From: a virus
DNA length: 64,000 bases
Reading direction: 5' to 3' (one strand)
Virus record (IMG/VR): IMGVR_UViG_3300020731_000015
Location: 1 to 64,000 of that record
Shown: in pieces, positions 20,536 through 30,865 of the stretch
Numbering within the stretch: position 1 is the first letter of the stretch
Layout: each line of letters begins with the position of its first letter
Made by a program: the position numbers and the translations under genes
Notes under the pieces: model-generated
The model's database searches: none
Told to the model about the DNA's origin: nothing
The model's input: only the letters and a program-made list of their open reading frames with translations

Positions 20536-21022
20536 CATCTACGAAAGGGCTATGCGGGATTGTTTTGTCACCGCACTCCAATCGCCAGACCGTGCGACCC
20601 AGAACGCTTCGGTGCTGATACGCAACGACTGGATTCTTCGCCCGACCTACGCCTACAACGACTTCCCAAAGGGCCTTAGAACGCCCCCAGAGCGCCTAGA
20701 ACCCCCGACTAAGTATCTCTATACCGAACACGCCGAGAGGAACTCTCTCTACGCCGCAGCGAGGGCTGGTATCAGCACGGCGGGCTTGACGATGGTGGCT
20801 ATCTGGGCTTCCTGTGCGGATTGTGCTCGAGGGATTATCCAAAGTGGAGTCACGACTCTGGTTCGCTACAAGATTGATACCCCCGAACGCTGGGGGGAAT
20901 CTATCGAGGCTGGTGAAACAATGCTTCGGGAAGCGGGCGTGGAAATAGTAGGGATTTCCAAACTATTTCCTGATGTAAAACCCCTTCTTCGTAGTGGGGA
21001 ATACTGGATACCAAATAAATAA
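20528..21022 (+). CDS. dCMP deaminase
   Basis: SPD..Q, HAERN, CADCARGIIQSGV zinc-deaminase motifs. Confidence 0.85.
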   Translation: MYNIYERAMRDCFVTALQSPDRATQNASVLIRNDWILRPTYAYNDFPKGLRTPPERLEPPTKYLYTEHAERNSLYAAARAGISTAGLTMVAIWASCADCARGIIQSGVTTLVRYKIDTPERWGESIEAGETMLREAGVEIVGISKLFPDVKPLLRSGEYWIPNK

Positions 21023-21348
21023 TCCTTGCTTTGTCACTCAACCCTGCTATAGTGGGTATATGGCATATAAAACCATAAGAGAGATTGATGACGCAGACCT
21101 TGAGGGCGTAGTGGCTTGCTACTGCGGTTGCAAGTACTGGGAGAACTTACGCTGTATTTCTTGCGGCGACCGAGTTGAGCCCGAACTGCTGATTCAACTA
21201 AAGGAGACAATGTAATGAGCAACAAAGAGGAAATCATCAAGGGTCTTGAGAAGTTCCGCCCGCTTGAGTTGGGCGACGACCCTATGGCTTGGCGACAGAG
21301 CGATACTCTCGACCGAGTAATCGCCTATCTGAACGAGGTGCTGAACTA

Positions 21349-21648
21349 ATGTCAGACCTTATGATTCAGGCCGACCCGCCCGCCTCTAAGCGAGGCCGTA
21401 AGCCGAGTGCCAAAGTCGGGGTTCGCCGTGAGCAACTTCACCAAAACCCCGGCACTTGGTTCCTATGGCAAAACGATGCCAAGAACCCCTCATACTCTCG
21501 CAAGACAGCGTGGCAACTTTTGGAACTAAAGCAGGGCGACAAAATCAAGATGAAGCAAATCCCCTACGAGTTCCGTTCAATAAAGAACGAGAACGACTCG
21601 TGCTACACCCTGTATGTACGATACATTCCAACGAAAGGGCAACAATGA
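21349..21648 (+). CDS. hypothetical protein
   Basis: GAGG RBS; basic N-terminus. Confidence 0.5.
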   Translation: MSDLMIQADPPASKRGRKPSAKVGVRREQLHQNPGTWFLWQNDAKNPSYSRKTAWQLLELKQGDKIKMKQIPYEFRSIKNENDSCYTLYVRYIPTKGQQ

Positions 21649-22256
21649 TTGTTTGGATAGACACCGAAACCACAGGGCTTGACTACAAGAAAGAAGCATT
21701 GTTGGAAATCGCCGTGCTGATTACCGATGACGAACTCAATGAGGTCGGCTCATACTCCACGATTATCAAGACCCCTAAGCGTAAGTTGCGCCGTATGGAC
21801 AACTATGTGACAGAGATGCACAATCGTTCGGGCTTGCTTGACGACCTCGAGCACTTCGGCGGTCGTAATATCAAGGTTGCTGAAATGGAAATCTTGGCAC
21901 TCCTTGACCAGCACGGTCTAGGCAAGGGCTTGCTACTCGGCGGCAATAGCGTTCACTTTGACCGCCGTATGCTTGAGACTCGTATGCCACGCCTTATGGC
22001 TCGATTCACTCATCAGAACCTTGATGTGTCATCTATCGGGCTCACAATCAAGCGTTGGGCTCCGCACGTCTACGATTTGGTGAAACTAGAGAGCAAGGGG
22101 CGCGAACACGCCAACCCCCACCGGGCGTTATCCGACTTGATTGACTGCGTTCATTCGCTTAGGCGATACCGCCACTTGACCTTTACAACGGCTTCAGAAG
22201 AGTATCTGATTGCCACTAGAGGCTATGCCGAAGACACAACAGGAGAGGTGAACTAA
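21645..22256 (+). CDS. orn: oligoribonuclease (DEDDh)
   Basis: VWIDTETTGLD, MHNRSGL, GNSVHFDR, LDVSS, HRALSD. Confidence 0.9.
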   Translation: MIVWIDTETTGLDYKKEALLEIAVLITDDELNEVGSYSTIIKTPKRKLRRMDNYVTEMHNRSGLLDDLEHFGGRNIKVAEMEILALLDQHGLGKGLLLGGNSVHFDRRMLETRMPRLMARFTHQNLDVSSIGLTIKRWAPHVYDLVKLESKGREHANPHRALSDLIDCVHSLRRYRHLTFTTASEEYLIATRGYAEDTTGEVN

Positions 22257-22537
22257 TGGACCCGAATGAATTGGACAAACTTTACAAGAAGCGTGAAAAG
22301 GACACCCTACGCGCTATTCGACAGACTCGCTGGCGTCGTAAGACCACCGCTCAAAAGTTTGCCGATATTTGGCTACGGATTATCGGCTGGGCTATGTTTA
22401 CCGCTTGCGCAACGGTGCTTCTCGGAATCCTCGTAATCTTTGCGGCTGATTCCAAAATCCCCCTAGTCTCAAAACTTCTAGTCGGCTTGATTATCGTGAT
22501 ACTCGGTGTCTCGGTCTGGGCTCTAGAGAACCAATAG
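22256..22537 (+). CDS. membrane protein
   Basis: Two TM-like segments. Confidence 0.55.
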   Translation: MDPNELDKLYKKREKDTLRAIRQTRWRRKTTAQKFADIWLRIIGWAMFTACATVLLGILVIFAADSKIPLVSKLLVGLIIVILGVSVWALENQ

Positions 22538-22799
22538 AAAGGAACACAATGGGAAGAAAAATTGATGAGGCGTTCTATCGCCTAAGCGTAGAGGCCAATC
22601 ACCACATACGCCTATCACAAACAAAGCAGGAAGACTACGAAAACGGTTTCGCACAGGGATTCGTAGAGGCTCTCCGTATCGTTGGGAATATTAGGAATCA
22701 AAAGGTTCCGACCAAGACACGAAACTTGTTCCCAGAGGGAATGCTTATCGTTCGCCACACGGACACGAAGCCTCGCCGTTTCAGCAAAAAGAAGTAGGC

Positions 22800-23210
22800 G
22801 TGTCAAAGCGAGTGCCTAAATACAGAGCCAAAGTTCCCGGCGTATTCCAAACGGATTTCGATATCCGAGCGGATAAGACTACGGATTATTGGTTCTGTTA
22901 TGGCGGCAACACTTTCGTAGGCACATACACATACCGGGGCAAGACCCTAGATATCTATTGCTGTGGTGAAATGCGTATGACCCACAAGGGCGATATCTGG
23001 CGATACTCCGATGACATAAACATCAGACCCAAGAATGATACGAAGTTGGCCGAACTAATCCAAAGCGGTCAAATCCAGCAAGATAATAACTGCTGGTTCG
23101 AGGTCTTCTACCAAGATGACGAAGAGTGGGGCGATGACACAACTAACATCATTGGCGGGAGCCTAGATGAAGTTATGTCATACGCCCACAAACTTCTATC
23201 GGCGGGCTGA
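22800..23210 (+). CDS. hypothetical protein
   Basis: ORF in the rightward operon. Confidence 0.5.
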   Translation: MSKRVPKYRAKVPGVFQTDFDIRADKTTDYWFCYGGNTFVGTYTYRGKTLDIYCCGEMRMTHKGDIWRYSDDINIRPKNDTKLAELIQSGQIQQDNNCWFEVFYQDDEEWGDDTTNIIGGSLDEVMSYAHKLLSAG

Positions 23211-23507
23211 TTCCTCACCCTTGAGGGCATCAATCGCTGTGCTTATCCAAGCGTTGCGTGGGCGATAGTTGGCATCGGCCTGAATCTTGCCGAGGACGCG
23301 GTCGATTGCTTCCTGCCAAGAGTCGCCGTTCTTTCCCACTTTGGTAGTGGTGCGACCCTTTGCGAGCGAGAGGAAGAAAGCCATCTGCTTGTCGCTGGCG
23401 GGCTTGTCGGCAATCTTGCGCTGTGCTTCAGCACGGCGAGTTAGTCGCTGCTCGACTTCCCACTCGTAGCGAAGTTCCGCGCTTTTGTCTGCCTTTGTAT
23501 AACTCAT
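23196..23507 (-). CDS. hypothetical protein
   Basis: AAGGAGACACTATG RBS with GGGTTTAGT promoter motif; ASDKQ motif shared with 29978. Confidence 0.6.
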   Translation of the reverse strand: MSYTKADKSAELRYEWEVEQRLTRRAEAQRKIADKPASDKQMAFFLSLAKGRTTTKVGKNGDSWQEAIDRVLGKIQADANYRPRNAWISTAIDALKGEESARR

Positions 23508-23824
23508 AGTGTCTCCTTATCACTAAACCCTACTCTATTACTTTACCAAAGGGGTGTGACATTAGCAAGGACCGCCCAAACCCCTTGTTATTGTTGGGCT
23601 ATGGAACCCGACCTATTTGACGAGCAATCATTTCTGACCCAATTCAGCAAAGAGGAAATCCGCTTCGGAATTGACCAGTTCGCAGAAGTCAAACTCGGTA
23701 TGACCGGGGAAGTATTTATTTCCAAAGTTCGTGCTGGCGAGCCCGTTCACCAACTCCATAAAAAAGCCCAAGAGGTAGCAAATCTGGTATCCCTGTTGGA
23801 TAACTAGCGTGTAGTGTTCTACCT

Positions 23825-24142
23825 ATGAACCGACTCACTATCAGAGAGCGACTCGCCCTTTGGTTGGTAAGGAAACGCCCGATTGATGACGGATTCTTAC
23901 CCGATGGCTTACAGATGCGCATCGCCAAAGACGAGGCTCTGATTTCTGCCGTTAGCCTTGCCGTGATTCAGCAAGGTCTTCTACACAATCTAGTTATGTC
24001 TCTCAACGAGATGGGGATTGTGATAGCGACCGACAGCGATATTCACGAAGAGATGACTCGGTTGGTGGAATCGCTACACGCTTCGCAAAATGTGATGGCA
24101 GAAGTAGCCGGAATAAAAGACCTCAAGACGGAGACAGTATGA
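23825..24142 (+). CDS. hypothetical protein
   Basis: ORF coupled to 24139. Confidence 0.5.
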   Translation: MNRLTIRERLALWLVRKRPIDDGFLPDGLQMRIAKDEALISAVSLAVIQQGLLHNLVMSLNEMGIVIATDSDIHEEMTRLVESLHASQNVMAEVAGIKDLKTETV

Positions 24143-24462
24143 CAGACGAAAACGCAACCACACCAGACCCCAACGAGGCTACTAAAACCAATTTGGATTT
24201 CGAGGGCCTCGACCCCGGCAAGATTGCGGTCAAGTTAGGTCTTGAGCAAGTTCTTCGCATCCACGAGATTGAGCGCACAATGCTTTCGCGCGCTATCCAA
24301 GTAATCCACGAATTGACCAAGCAGAGTGCTGAAGAGATTATCGCCAAGTTGTCAAAGGGTCTAAACGGAGAATATGACGAGGCCGTAGAAACGGCTAAGA
24401 CCGCAACCCAAGTTGCCAAGTTGTATATCCCGCAGAAGAAGATTATCAACCCGGGTCTTTAG
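24139..24462 (+). CDS. hypothetical protein
   Basis: GGAG RBS; helical. Confidence 0.5.
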   Translation: MTDENATTPDPNEATKTNLDFEGLDPGKIAVKLGLEQVLRIHEIERTMLSRAIQVIHELTKQSAEEIIAKLSKGLNGEYDEAVETAKTATQVAKLYIPQKKIINPGL

Positions 24463-24851
24463 TTTTCCTTTAGCCACTCTTCGGGGATAGTCAAATCCTT
24501 TGGAACAACGCCACATACGACTGGAACCGAACTCTTGCTGAAATGGGTGGCCGCTGCGCCATAGAACGCCGAGATAACGGCGTAGTAATCAATACCCGTT
24601 TCATTACTAAAGGCAGTGCAAAGGAATTGGAAGTAAGCGATAGTCTCGCTCTCGTTTGGGTCAAGGGTTTCGCCCGCCTCTTCCAAACTATTTTTCATAG
24701 CCTTACGCATATAGATATCTAGAACCGAAAGATTCGGGGTTTCCCTAGTTTCTTTGGCGAAGAAAGCGGCGAGGCTTCCGAGTGCGATACCCGCAGCAAA
24801 CGAATCAACGAGTGCGGATTCTTCTGGTGAAAACTGAAGTTCGTCTGACAT
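24459..24851 (-). CDS. hypothetical protein
   Basis: Coupled leftward ORF. Confidence 0.5.
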   Translation of the reverse strand: MSDELQFSPEESALVDSFAAGIALGSLAAFFAKETRETPNLSVLDIYMRKAMKNSLEEAGETLDPNESETIAYFQFLCTAFSNETGIDYYAVISAFYGAAATHFSKSSVPVVCGVVPKDLTIPEEWLKEN

Positions 24852-25318
24852 TACTTGATAATCACAAAGTAGTGAGGAACTGGCTTCTTAGCCTTAGCCG
24901 TGAGGCCTGTTCCCAACTTGTTCCGACCTCTTGGCTTCGTGGCAAGTGCCTTACGGAGTGGCGTAGGTGGAGAGTATTTGCTGAAAGTGCTTGTCCAAAG
25001 GTCTTGCTCTTCCTCGACCGTTGAGCCGAAAGCCTCAATCAGTTCATCAAACCGTTCGTTGATAGAGAAGTCATCTTCATACTCAAAGTTTTCAGCAAAG
25101 CCGTCTAGGAGAGCCATAAACTCGGCATCTTCGCTCAACTCGTTCATACGAGCATCACCGAAGAGGTAGTAAGGCAAGTCTTCGGGGGTGCAATCAAAGA
25201 AGTCGAACCACTCGACATCTTTCATACCCCGAACTTGGTTCATATCCATACCGAATTGACTAGAGCAATAGTCGTAATCTTCTTCGTTCATAAATTGTGA
25301 AAACTGATTCTTTGGCAT
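24851..25318 (-). CDS. acidic hypothetical protein
   Basis: Coupled to the GGCT stop (TAATG). Confidence 0.5.
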   Translation of the reverse strand: MPKNQFSQFMNEEDYDYCSSQFGMDMNQVRGMKDVEWFDFFDCTPEDLPYYLFGDARMNELSEDAEFMALLDGFAENFEYEDDFSINERFDELIEAFGSTVEEEQDLWTSTFSKYSPPTPLRKALATKPRGRNKLGTGLTAKAKKPVPHYFVIIK

Positions 25319-25755
25319 TATCGCCACCACTCTTTCCTCTCGACCGAACACCAGTCGTTGTTCGGAACTTCATCTCCGACTTCATATTGCCAAGTGCAAA
25401 CGGTAGCCTCTAGCAACTCGCCGCTAGGAGTCTCCACACTTGCCTCATTAATTGTGTAGCCCGCACCCGACTCCATTCGCAACATAGCGATTGTGTCATC
25501 GTTGAGGGTGAGTTCATACAATTCACCTACGGCCTTGTCAGCGATAGACCCACTCCACCGAAGAACCGGGTAAGAGCGATGACCACGCTGGTAGTAAAGT
25601 TTCGCCCCCTTGATTACAATCGGGCCGAGGTCATTAATAATTGACTGCTCAATCCAGTTGTGTAAGGGCTCGCCTTTGCGTAGCGTTCCGTAGGCAACGA
25701 ACAGGATTGTTTCCTGCGTTGGTGCTGATTCTTTTTCTTGTTGGTCTAATGACAT
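25318..25755 (-). CDS. gamma-glutamylcyclotransferase (AIG2-like)
   Basis: FVAYGTLRKG, YP, VGELY, E..AGY. Confidence 0.8.
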   Translation of the reverse strand: MSLDQQEKESAPTQETILFVAYGTLRKGEPLHNWIEQSIINDLGPIVIKGAKLYYQRGHRSYPVLRWSGSIADKAVGELYELTLNDDTIAMLRMESGAGYTINEASVETPSGELLEATVCTWQYEVGDEVPNNDWCSVERKEWWR

Positions 25756-25806
25756 AACCCTAGTTTAGTCGGCGGCCACAACCAAAGTCAAGAATGCTCT
25801 GAATAC

Positions 25807-25835
25807 TTGACTAGGGTTTAGTTTGGAACTATAAT
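25807..25835 (+). promoter_or_regulatory. sigma70/SigA-type promoter
   Basis: TTGACT-N17-TATAAT; spacer contains AGGGTTTAGT. Confidence 0.75.
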
Positions 25836-26630
25836 CTATTCATCAGACAAAGGAGACAAGATGACTGATTTCACCAACCACGAAACCGAAGAAGAGATGG
25901 CCGTGCGACTTGGCTTTGACAAGTTCAATGCTTTGCTTGCCGGGCAATACAAAGACGAGGAATAATGTTCTTCGCTTCTATTGCGCTGTTCGTCACGGTC
26001 GTTGCCGTTCTAGCGGGATACGACAAGTAGGTTCTTGACAAGAGTGGTGCGCTCGCACTAGTGTCTCCGACAACATCAACAAAAGGAGAACAACTATGGG
26101 TAGCCCCACAGATAATGTCGTCGTATTTTCGCTTCCGCCGAATAACGACCCCTACAAACTTTATGTAGGAAAGGGCGACCAACGAGTTGCCGATATGGTC
26201 CACCTTTGGACCGCGCCGGGTGCGCCAGAGTTCACGCCAGAATTGGTTGCTGAAATCGAAGACCACCTTTTCACGAAGCACAACATTGTTGTTGTATCCC
26301 CTTGGGAGTCTGAAGAGATTGAGTATCGCGTCGCCTATTACGACCACGCCTAGTGACTGTCGTAAGGCGAACCATCTATCGCCGTATCAACCCCAATAGA
26401 AGTATTGGTGGAGTGGCAGATGGCTACCTCGTAGAACGATACAAGGGAGTATTAGCGGGGCGCATCACGCCGCTCGGCTACATACCCACCGACAAAGAAG
26501 ACTTTGCTGAAATGCTTTATGAGAACAACAACTTGACCCCCTCTGGCTCTTGGTCGGAAACAAAGGTTGAGGGATTACAAAAGATTCGTTGCGTTATTAG
26601 CAGCGACTTTTCCCAAGACTAGGAGAACTG

Positions 26631-27071
26631 GTGGCTAAATACACCAATGATGATATTCGTAATTGGTCAGAAAAAAGGAGTTGCGTAGGAATCGGCCCAA
26701 GTGCTTTCTATCCAATTAGGGAACAAGAAATCTCTATAGATATTCTCCAACTCTGTGATACTTGCCCTGTAAACGAGAAGTGTGCTGAACAAGCAATAGC
26801 GACCGAAGAGCCATCTGGCTATTGGGGTGGATTAAATATGAGCGAGCGCAATCGCATTATGGCGGCGCGTAGACACTTAGCAGCGAACCCAAACTTCGAG
26901 CCCGAAGAACCACCGTGCCGAAACAAAATCAAGGTGCGTGGAACTGGATTTAAGTTGCACATCGACTTAGGTGAAGTTCCGTGTAGAGCGTGTCGCATTG
27001 TTTATAGAGAAAAGCAAATCGCTAAACGAGCATCTATTCAGAAATCACTTTTGGCGAAGATGGCGAATTAG
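26631..27071 (+). CDS. whiB: WhiB family transcription factor with C-terminal Cys/His extension
   Basis: C..CDTCPV..C..GYWGG. Confidence 0.8.
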   Translation: MAKYTNDDIRNWSEKRSCVGIGPSAFYPIREQEISIDILQLCDTCPVNEKCAEQAIATEEPSGYWGGLNMSERNRIMAARRHLAANPNFEPEEPPCRNKIKVRGTGFKLHIDLGEVPCRACRIVYREKQIAKRASIQKSLLAKMAN

Positions 27072-27103
27072 GATTTTCCAAACCTCATTGTAAATTGTGA
27101 GGT

Positions 27104-28186
27104 ATGGCGCACCCCTTAAAACACTTATCTGTATTTGTCGTATGGCTACTGTTATCAGCATCGCTAGTTATGGGGTTTGGAGATACTGCCTATGGCACTC
27201 CAAGTGTCTGTGCCAAAGCGAATTGGGTGAGCATTATCGATGTCTCATCAAACAATGTTCACCCGATTGGCTGGGGCAAACTCCTAGTCGCTGGCGTGGC
27301 TGGTGCTTACATCAAAAACTCCGATGGCTACCACTACATCAACCCTTATTGGGCTGCTGATACCAAAGCCGCTACCAAAGCCGGTATCCCTTACGGCAAC
27401 TACTACTTCGCCCAACCTAAGACCACCGACCCCACCCTTGCAGCCAACTTTTTCGTCAAGAGTGGTGGGGCGAGCGGTCAGTTGCCACCGGCCCTAGACC
27501 TTGAGGTTGAGGGTAAATCACCAGCAGCGACCGCACAATGGGCCGTCACTTGGCTCAACCGAGTTCGCTACCTAACCAATCGCACCCCAATCATCTACAC
27601 GGGGGCTTTCCAGCCTTGGTCATCATCTCTGCTATTCAAGGGTTGGACCCTCTGGCTTCCGGCCTATCCGCTCGGCTACAAAAAGGTCACGAGTGTCTGC
27701 ACCCTGCCCCTGCCCGTTCTCCCTGCCGCTTGGCGTGGCGTTGGCTGGTCTATGTGGCAATACACGAGCGTTGCCCGACTCCTCGGCACGAAGAACCCAA
27801 ATGATGTGAGCGTGGCTGTGGCCGCTTGGTTCGCTCGTTGGACTGGTGCTGGTGTTCAGCCCCCACAACCCGGCATAAACAAAATACCAACCCCGCTTTA
27901 CACGAGTGGTTCGTATGGTGTGAAAGTTGTAGCGATTCAGAAAGTCTTGATTACTGCTGGCCTGCTTCCCGCTGGCTCTGCTGATGGCTACTTTGGAAGA
28001 ACCACGAAAATTGCCCTTGAGAAGTGGCAAAAGACTATTGGCGTACAGGCTGATGGTGAATGGTCCGCCGCAACCCAAACCGCAAGTTCGTTCTATCTAA
28101 GCCACGGCTTTACACTTACCCAAGCAACAAATATGGCGGCTATGGGTGCTGTCCTTAAGGCGAATCAATACAAGGTGGTCTTCTAA
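27104..28186 (+). CDS. GH25 muramidase with peptidoglycan-binding domain (endolysin-like) and N-terminal signal/TM
   Basis: IDVS, YIK, YYFA, LPPALDLE, IIYTG, MWQYTS; ADGYFGRTT..WQK..ADG PG-binding motif. Confidence 0.88.
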   Translation: MAHPLKHLSVFVVWLLLSASLVMGFGDTAYGTPSVCAKANWVSIIDVSSNNVHPIGWGKLLVAGVAGAYIKNSDGYHYINPYWAADTKAATKAGIPYGNYYFAQPKTTDPTLAANFFVKSGGASGQLPPALDLEVEGKSPAATAQWAVTWLNRVRYLTNRTPIIYTGAFQPWSSSLLFKGWTLWLPAYPLGYKKVTSVCTLPLPVLPAAWRGVGWSMWQYTSVARLLGTKNPNDVSVAVAAWFARWTGAGVQPPQPGINKIPTPLYTSGSYGVKVVAIQKVLITAGLLPAGSADGYFGRTTKIALEKWQKTIGVQADGEWSAATQTASSFYLSHGFTLTQATNMAAMGAVLKANQYKVVF

Positions 28187-28503
28187 TGTTCGGTCTAGTA
28201 GTCAATCAGAACACATACAACATTTGGCAAACGGTTCTTGCCTTTGTGCTGATGTCTGGCGCGCTCATTGGCGGGTTTTCCAAACTAAACAAGAACCTTG
28301 CCAAGAAAGAAGACATTGACAAACTCCGTGAGCAGTTGGCCGAGGTCAAAGAGGGCAACACAAAAGAAAACACTCGGATTATCGCAATCGTTGAGGATAT
28401 CAAGGAAGATATCCAAAATAGCGAACGCCGCCTAGACCGACACATTGACTTAGGCGGTCACGGAAAAGTCAAGCGAAACCACTTAGACGGTGCTGATGAG
28501 TAA
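28186..28503 (+). CDS. membrane protein with coiled coil (holin/lysis-associated candidate)
   Basis: One TM followed by coiled coil and RLDRH; directly after the endolysin. Confidence 0.5.
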   Translation: MFGLVVNQNTYNIWQTVLAFVLMSGALIGGFSKLNKNLAKKEDIDKLREQLAEVKEGNTKENTRIIAIVEDIKEDIQNSERRLDRHIDLGGHGKVKRNHLDGADE

Positions 28504-28939
28504 TCACGAGCCCACGCCCGTCCATATCCAAAAGGTCACGCACAACTACGCAATCCGCTTCCCTGAACACGAAGCGCGCGAAGATGACCCAAACTATGTA
28601 GATTTCAACCACATCCGCCGAGAGTGGCAGAAAGACCCCGTGAAGTGGCAGTGCCACATTGGAATCGTTCGTGGTGATTTCTCCGAGTGCTCGCTAGACA
28701 AGCCCCTAGAACTCCACCACGCCCACATCGAGTTCGCCATTATGAACTCCGTTGACCTTGGTTGGCTAGAACGCCAATACCCGGGCGTATCCGACCCCGA
28801 CAAGTTGGGTGCTTGGGTTGAGAGTGCTGAAAACCTATTGGTCCTATGCGAGTTCCACCACCGAGGTCACGCCGGTATCCACGTTGCCTCTTCGAGTGAC
28901 TATGAGGGATTAAAATTCGTGCGTAATCTGATAGTCTAA
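28496..28939 (+). CDS. HNH-like protein
   Basis: C..C..LELHHAHIE..NLLVLCEFHHRG..GIH. Confidence 0.6.
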   Translation: MSNHEPTPVHIQKVTHNYAIRFPEHEAREDDPNYVDFNHIRREWQKDPVKWQCHIGIVRGDFSECSLDKPLELHHAHIEFAIMNSVDLGWLERQYPGVSDPDKLGAWVESAENLLVLCEFHHRGHAGIHVASSSDYEGLKFVRNLIV

Positions 28940-28971
28940 CGAAATGACCAGAGGAATACGAGTCGTAGGGT

Positions 28972-29130
28972 GTTCACCACATAAACGGTGATAGGGCAGA
29001 CAACAGAATAGAAAACCTAGAACTTTGGGTAGTATCTCAACCAGCGGGTAAACGCCCAGCGGATTTAGTTGCGTATGCGAAAGAGATTCTCAACACATAT
29101 AGCGAAGAGGTCGAGAGAGGTATCATATGA
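28972..29130 (+). pseudogene. truncated HNH homing endonuclease remnant
   Basis: VHHINGDRADNRIENLELW..QPAG; in-frame TAG at 28966 and no in-frame start. Confidence 0.7.
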
Positions 29131-29510
29131 AAATTGCCCTAATCACATTCTTCTGTTTTATCTTTTCCAATATCGCCTCTACGCTGATGGTTCAGGCCGA
29201 GAGCCGCAACCGAGCAATCTTGAGCGGTATGTTCGAGGCTATCTACGCCCTATTTTGGATTTACGCCGCCAAGTATGCGCTCTCAACATCACCAATCGAA
29301 ATCGGTGCTTTGATTGGTGGCAACTTTCTTGGTGCGGTCGTGGGAGTCAAGTTTGGCGAGAAGTGGGTAGCCGACCACGATGATTTGGAAACCAAGCAGC
29401 GACTTGCTGAAACGGAAGCGGCACTCTTGCTCGCACATCAGTCCCTAGAAGAACTCAACGATGAAGTTGAGATGCACCACGAACTAGACGAAGAGAACCA
29501 CACCCACTAA
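29127..29510 (+). CDS. membrane protein
   Basis: Three hydrophobic helices; His/acidic tail. Confidence 0.6.
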   Translation: MKIALITFFCFIFSNIASTLMVQAESRNRAILSGMFEAIYALFWIYAAKYALSTSPIEIGALIGGNFLGAVVGVKFGEKWVADHDDLETKQRLAETEAALLLAHQSLEELNDEVEMHHELDEENHTH

Positions 29511-29517
29511 AGCAAAA

Positions 29518-29539
29518 AGCCCACCCAATCGGGCGGGCT
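29518..29539. terminator. hairpin between convergent genes
   Basis: AGCCCACCC-AATC-GGGCGGGCT preceded by an A run (U-tail on the minus strand). Confidence 0.55.
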
Positions 29540-29558
29540 AAGTGCTGATTTGGAAAAT

Positions 29559-29792
29559 CTACTTCGTTTTGGTGTCCTCAACAAAAATGAAGCCAGCGTC
29601 GTTGCCCTCTTCGTCTGAACTTGGAATCAAAGCCTTGCCGTTGTCCAAGAAGATGACGAAAGGAACTGCGCCGAAGCGTGAATCCCAACCGTAGGCTTCG
29701 GTTTCAGCATCAGTGAGCGGGCGAACATTTGTAATCTTCGCCCCCACGAGTGAGCCGAACTCTGCCTTGATGTATTCCTGTGATGTAGCCAT
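29559..29792 (-). CDS. hypothetical protein
   Basis: AAAGGAGACA RBS; DEEGNDAG motif. Confidence 0.6.
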   Translation of the reverse strand: MATSQEYIKAEFGSLVGAKITNVRPLTDAETEAYGWDSRFGAVPFVIFLDNGKALIPSSDEEGNDAGFIFVEDTKTK

Positions 29793-29823
29793 CTATGTCT
29801 CCTTTGTAAATACCTACATAAAT

Positions 29824-29852
29824 ATCTTACACCAATACTAAACCCTAGTCAA
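29824..29852 (-). promoter_or_regulatory. sigma70/SigA-type promoter
   Basis: TTGACT-N17-TAAGAT on the minus strand; spacer contains AGGGTTTAGT. Confidence 0.7.
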
Positions 29853-29977
29853 GTATCTAGATTATCCTTGTAAATCAGCCAAAATCGGGCGGATTCTCAA
29901 GAAATCTAGGGAAATCCTTGCTTATGTCACTACACCCCTGTATAGTGGATTATGTAGAAACAAGTAAAGGAGACACT

Positions 29978-30595
29978 ATGACTACAACGATGAATGAAGT
30001 AAAGGCGACTGACAAGCAGATTGCCTACATCAACGACTTGCTCAACTCACGAGTTGCGCCAGCCGAACTACAGGCGTTGACTATCGACTTGCTTTCCCGC
30101 GCGGATGCGAGCCAAGTCATCGAGACTCTCTTGGCTTCACCACGCAAGTCTGTCTCTGGCCGCACCGAGAACACGAATGTTCTCCCCAACACCGCACCAA
30201 TCAACAAGATTCCAGTTGGCATCTACACGGTAGAACACGGTGACGGAACCCACACCACCCTCAAGTTCAGCGAAGAGGCTTGGGCCGACAACAAGATTAT
30301 CGTTGCCGTTCTCACCGGCCCTAACAACGAACTAAACTACACCAAGTTCGGTTTCTTGACCGAGCAAGGCGTAAAGAAGTGGGCGAGCAAGCAAGTGAGC
30401 GAGAAGACCCTCGCTGCTGTTCAGTATCTCTTGACCGGTGGCGTTGACAAGGCTCGTGAGACTTTCCTCGCACAAGCCGAGGCTCACGCTTTCGAGTCGG
30501 GCAACTGCTTGGCTTGCCTCAAGACCTTGACTGTCCCCGCCTCACGGCACAGGGGTTTGGGTCCAGTATGCGCGAAGCGATTGGGGGTGCTGTAA
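29978..30595 (+). CDS. DUF6011-like protein
   Basis: CLACLKTLTVPASRHRGLGPVCA C-terminal motif. Confidence 0.7.
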   Translation: MTTTMNEVKATDKQIAYINDLLNSRVAPAELQALTIDLLSRADASQVIETLLASPRKSVSGRTENTNVLPNTAPINKIPVGIYTVEHGDGTHTTLKFSEEAWADNKIIVAVLTGPNNELNYTKFGFLTEQGVKKWASKQVSEKTLAAVQYLLTGGVDKARETFLAQAEAHAFESGNCLACLKTLTVPASRHRGLGPVCAKRLGVL

Positions 30596-30865
30596 TGAGT
30601 AGCGGATACTCCGTAATAGTTATGGGTAGGTATGCTCAATTAGTGCCTGCCTATGACTACCAAGTTGTTCGTATCGTTGATGGCTCTATTGCCGCAACCG
30701 TAGATGAATCGTTCACCCCGGTTGGACCAATAGACGGACTTGAGCAATACAAGTATCTAGACGAAAGACTAGAACAGATAGGCTTCGAGCGCGTAGGTGA
30801 TTTCCAAGCGTTCGGCCCATACGACAAGTCATACATTTGCCAAATCAAGAAGAAAGAAGAGAGCG

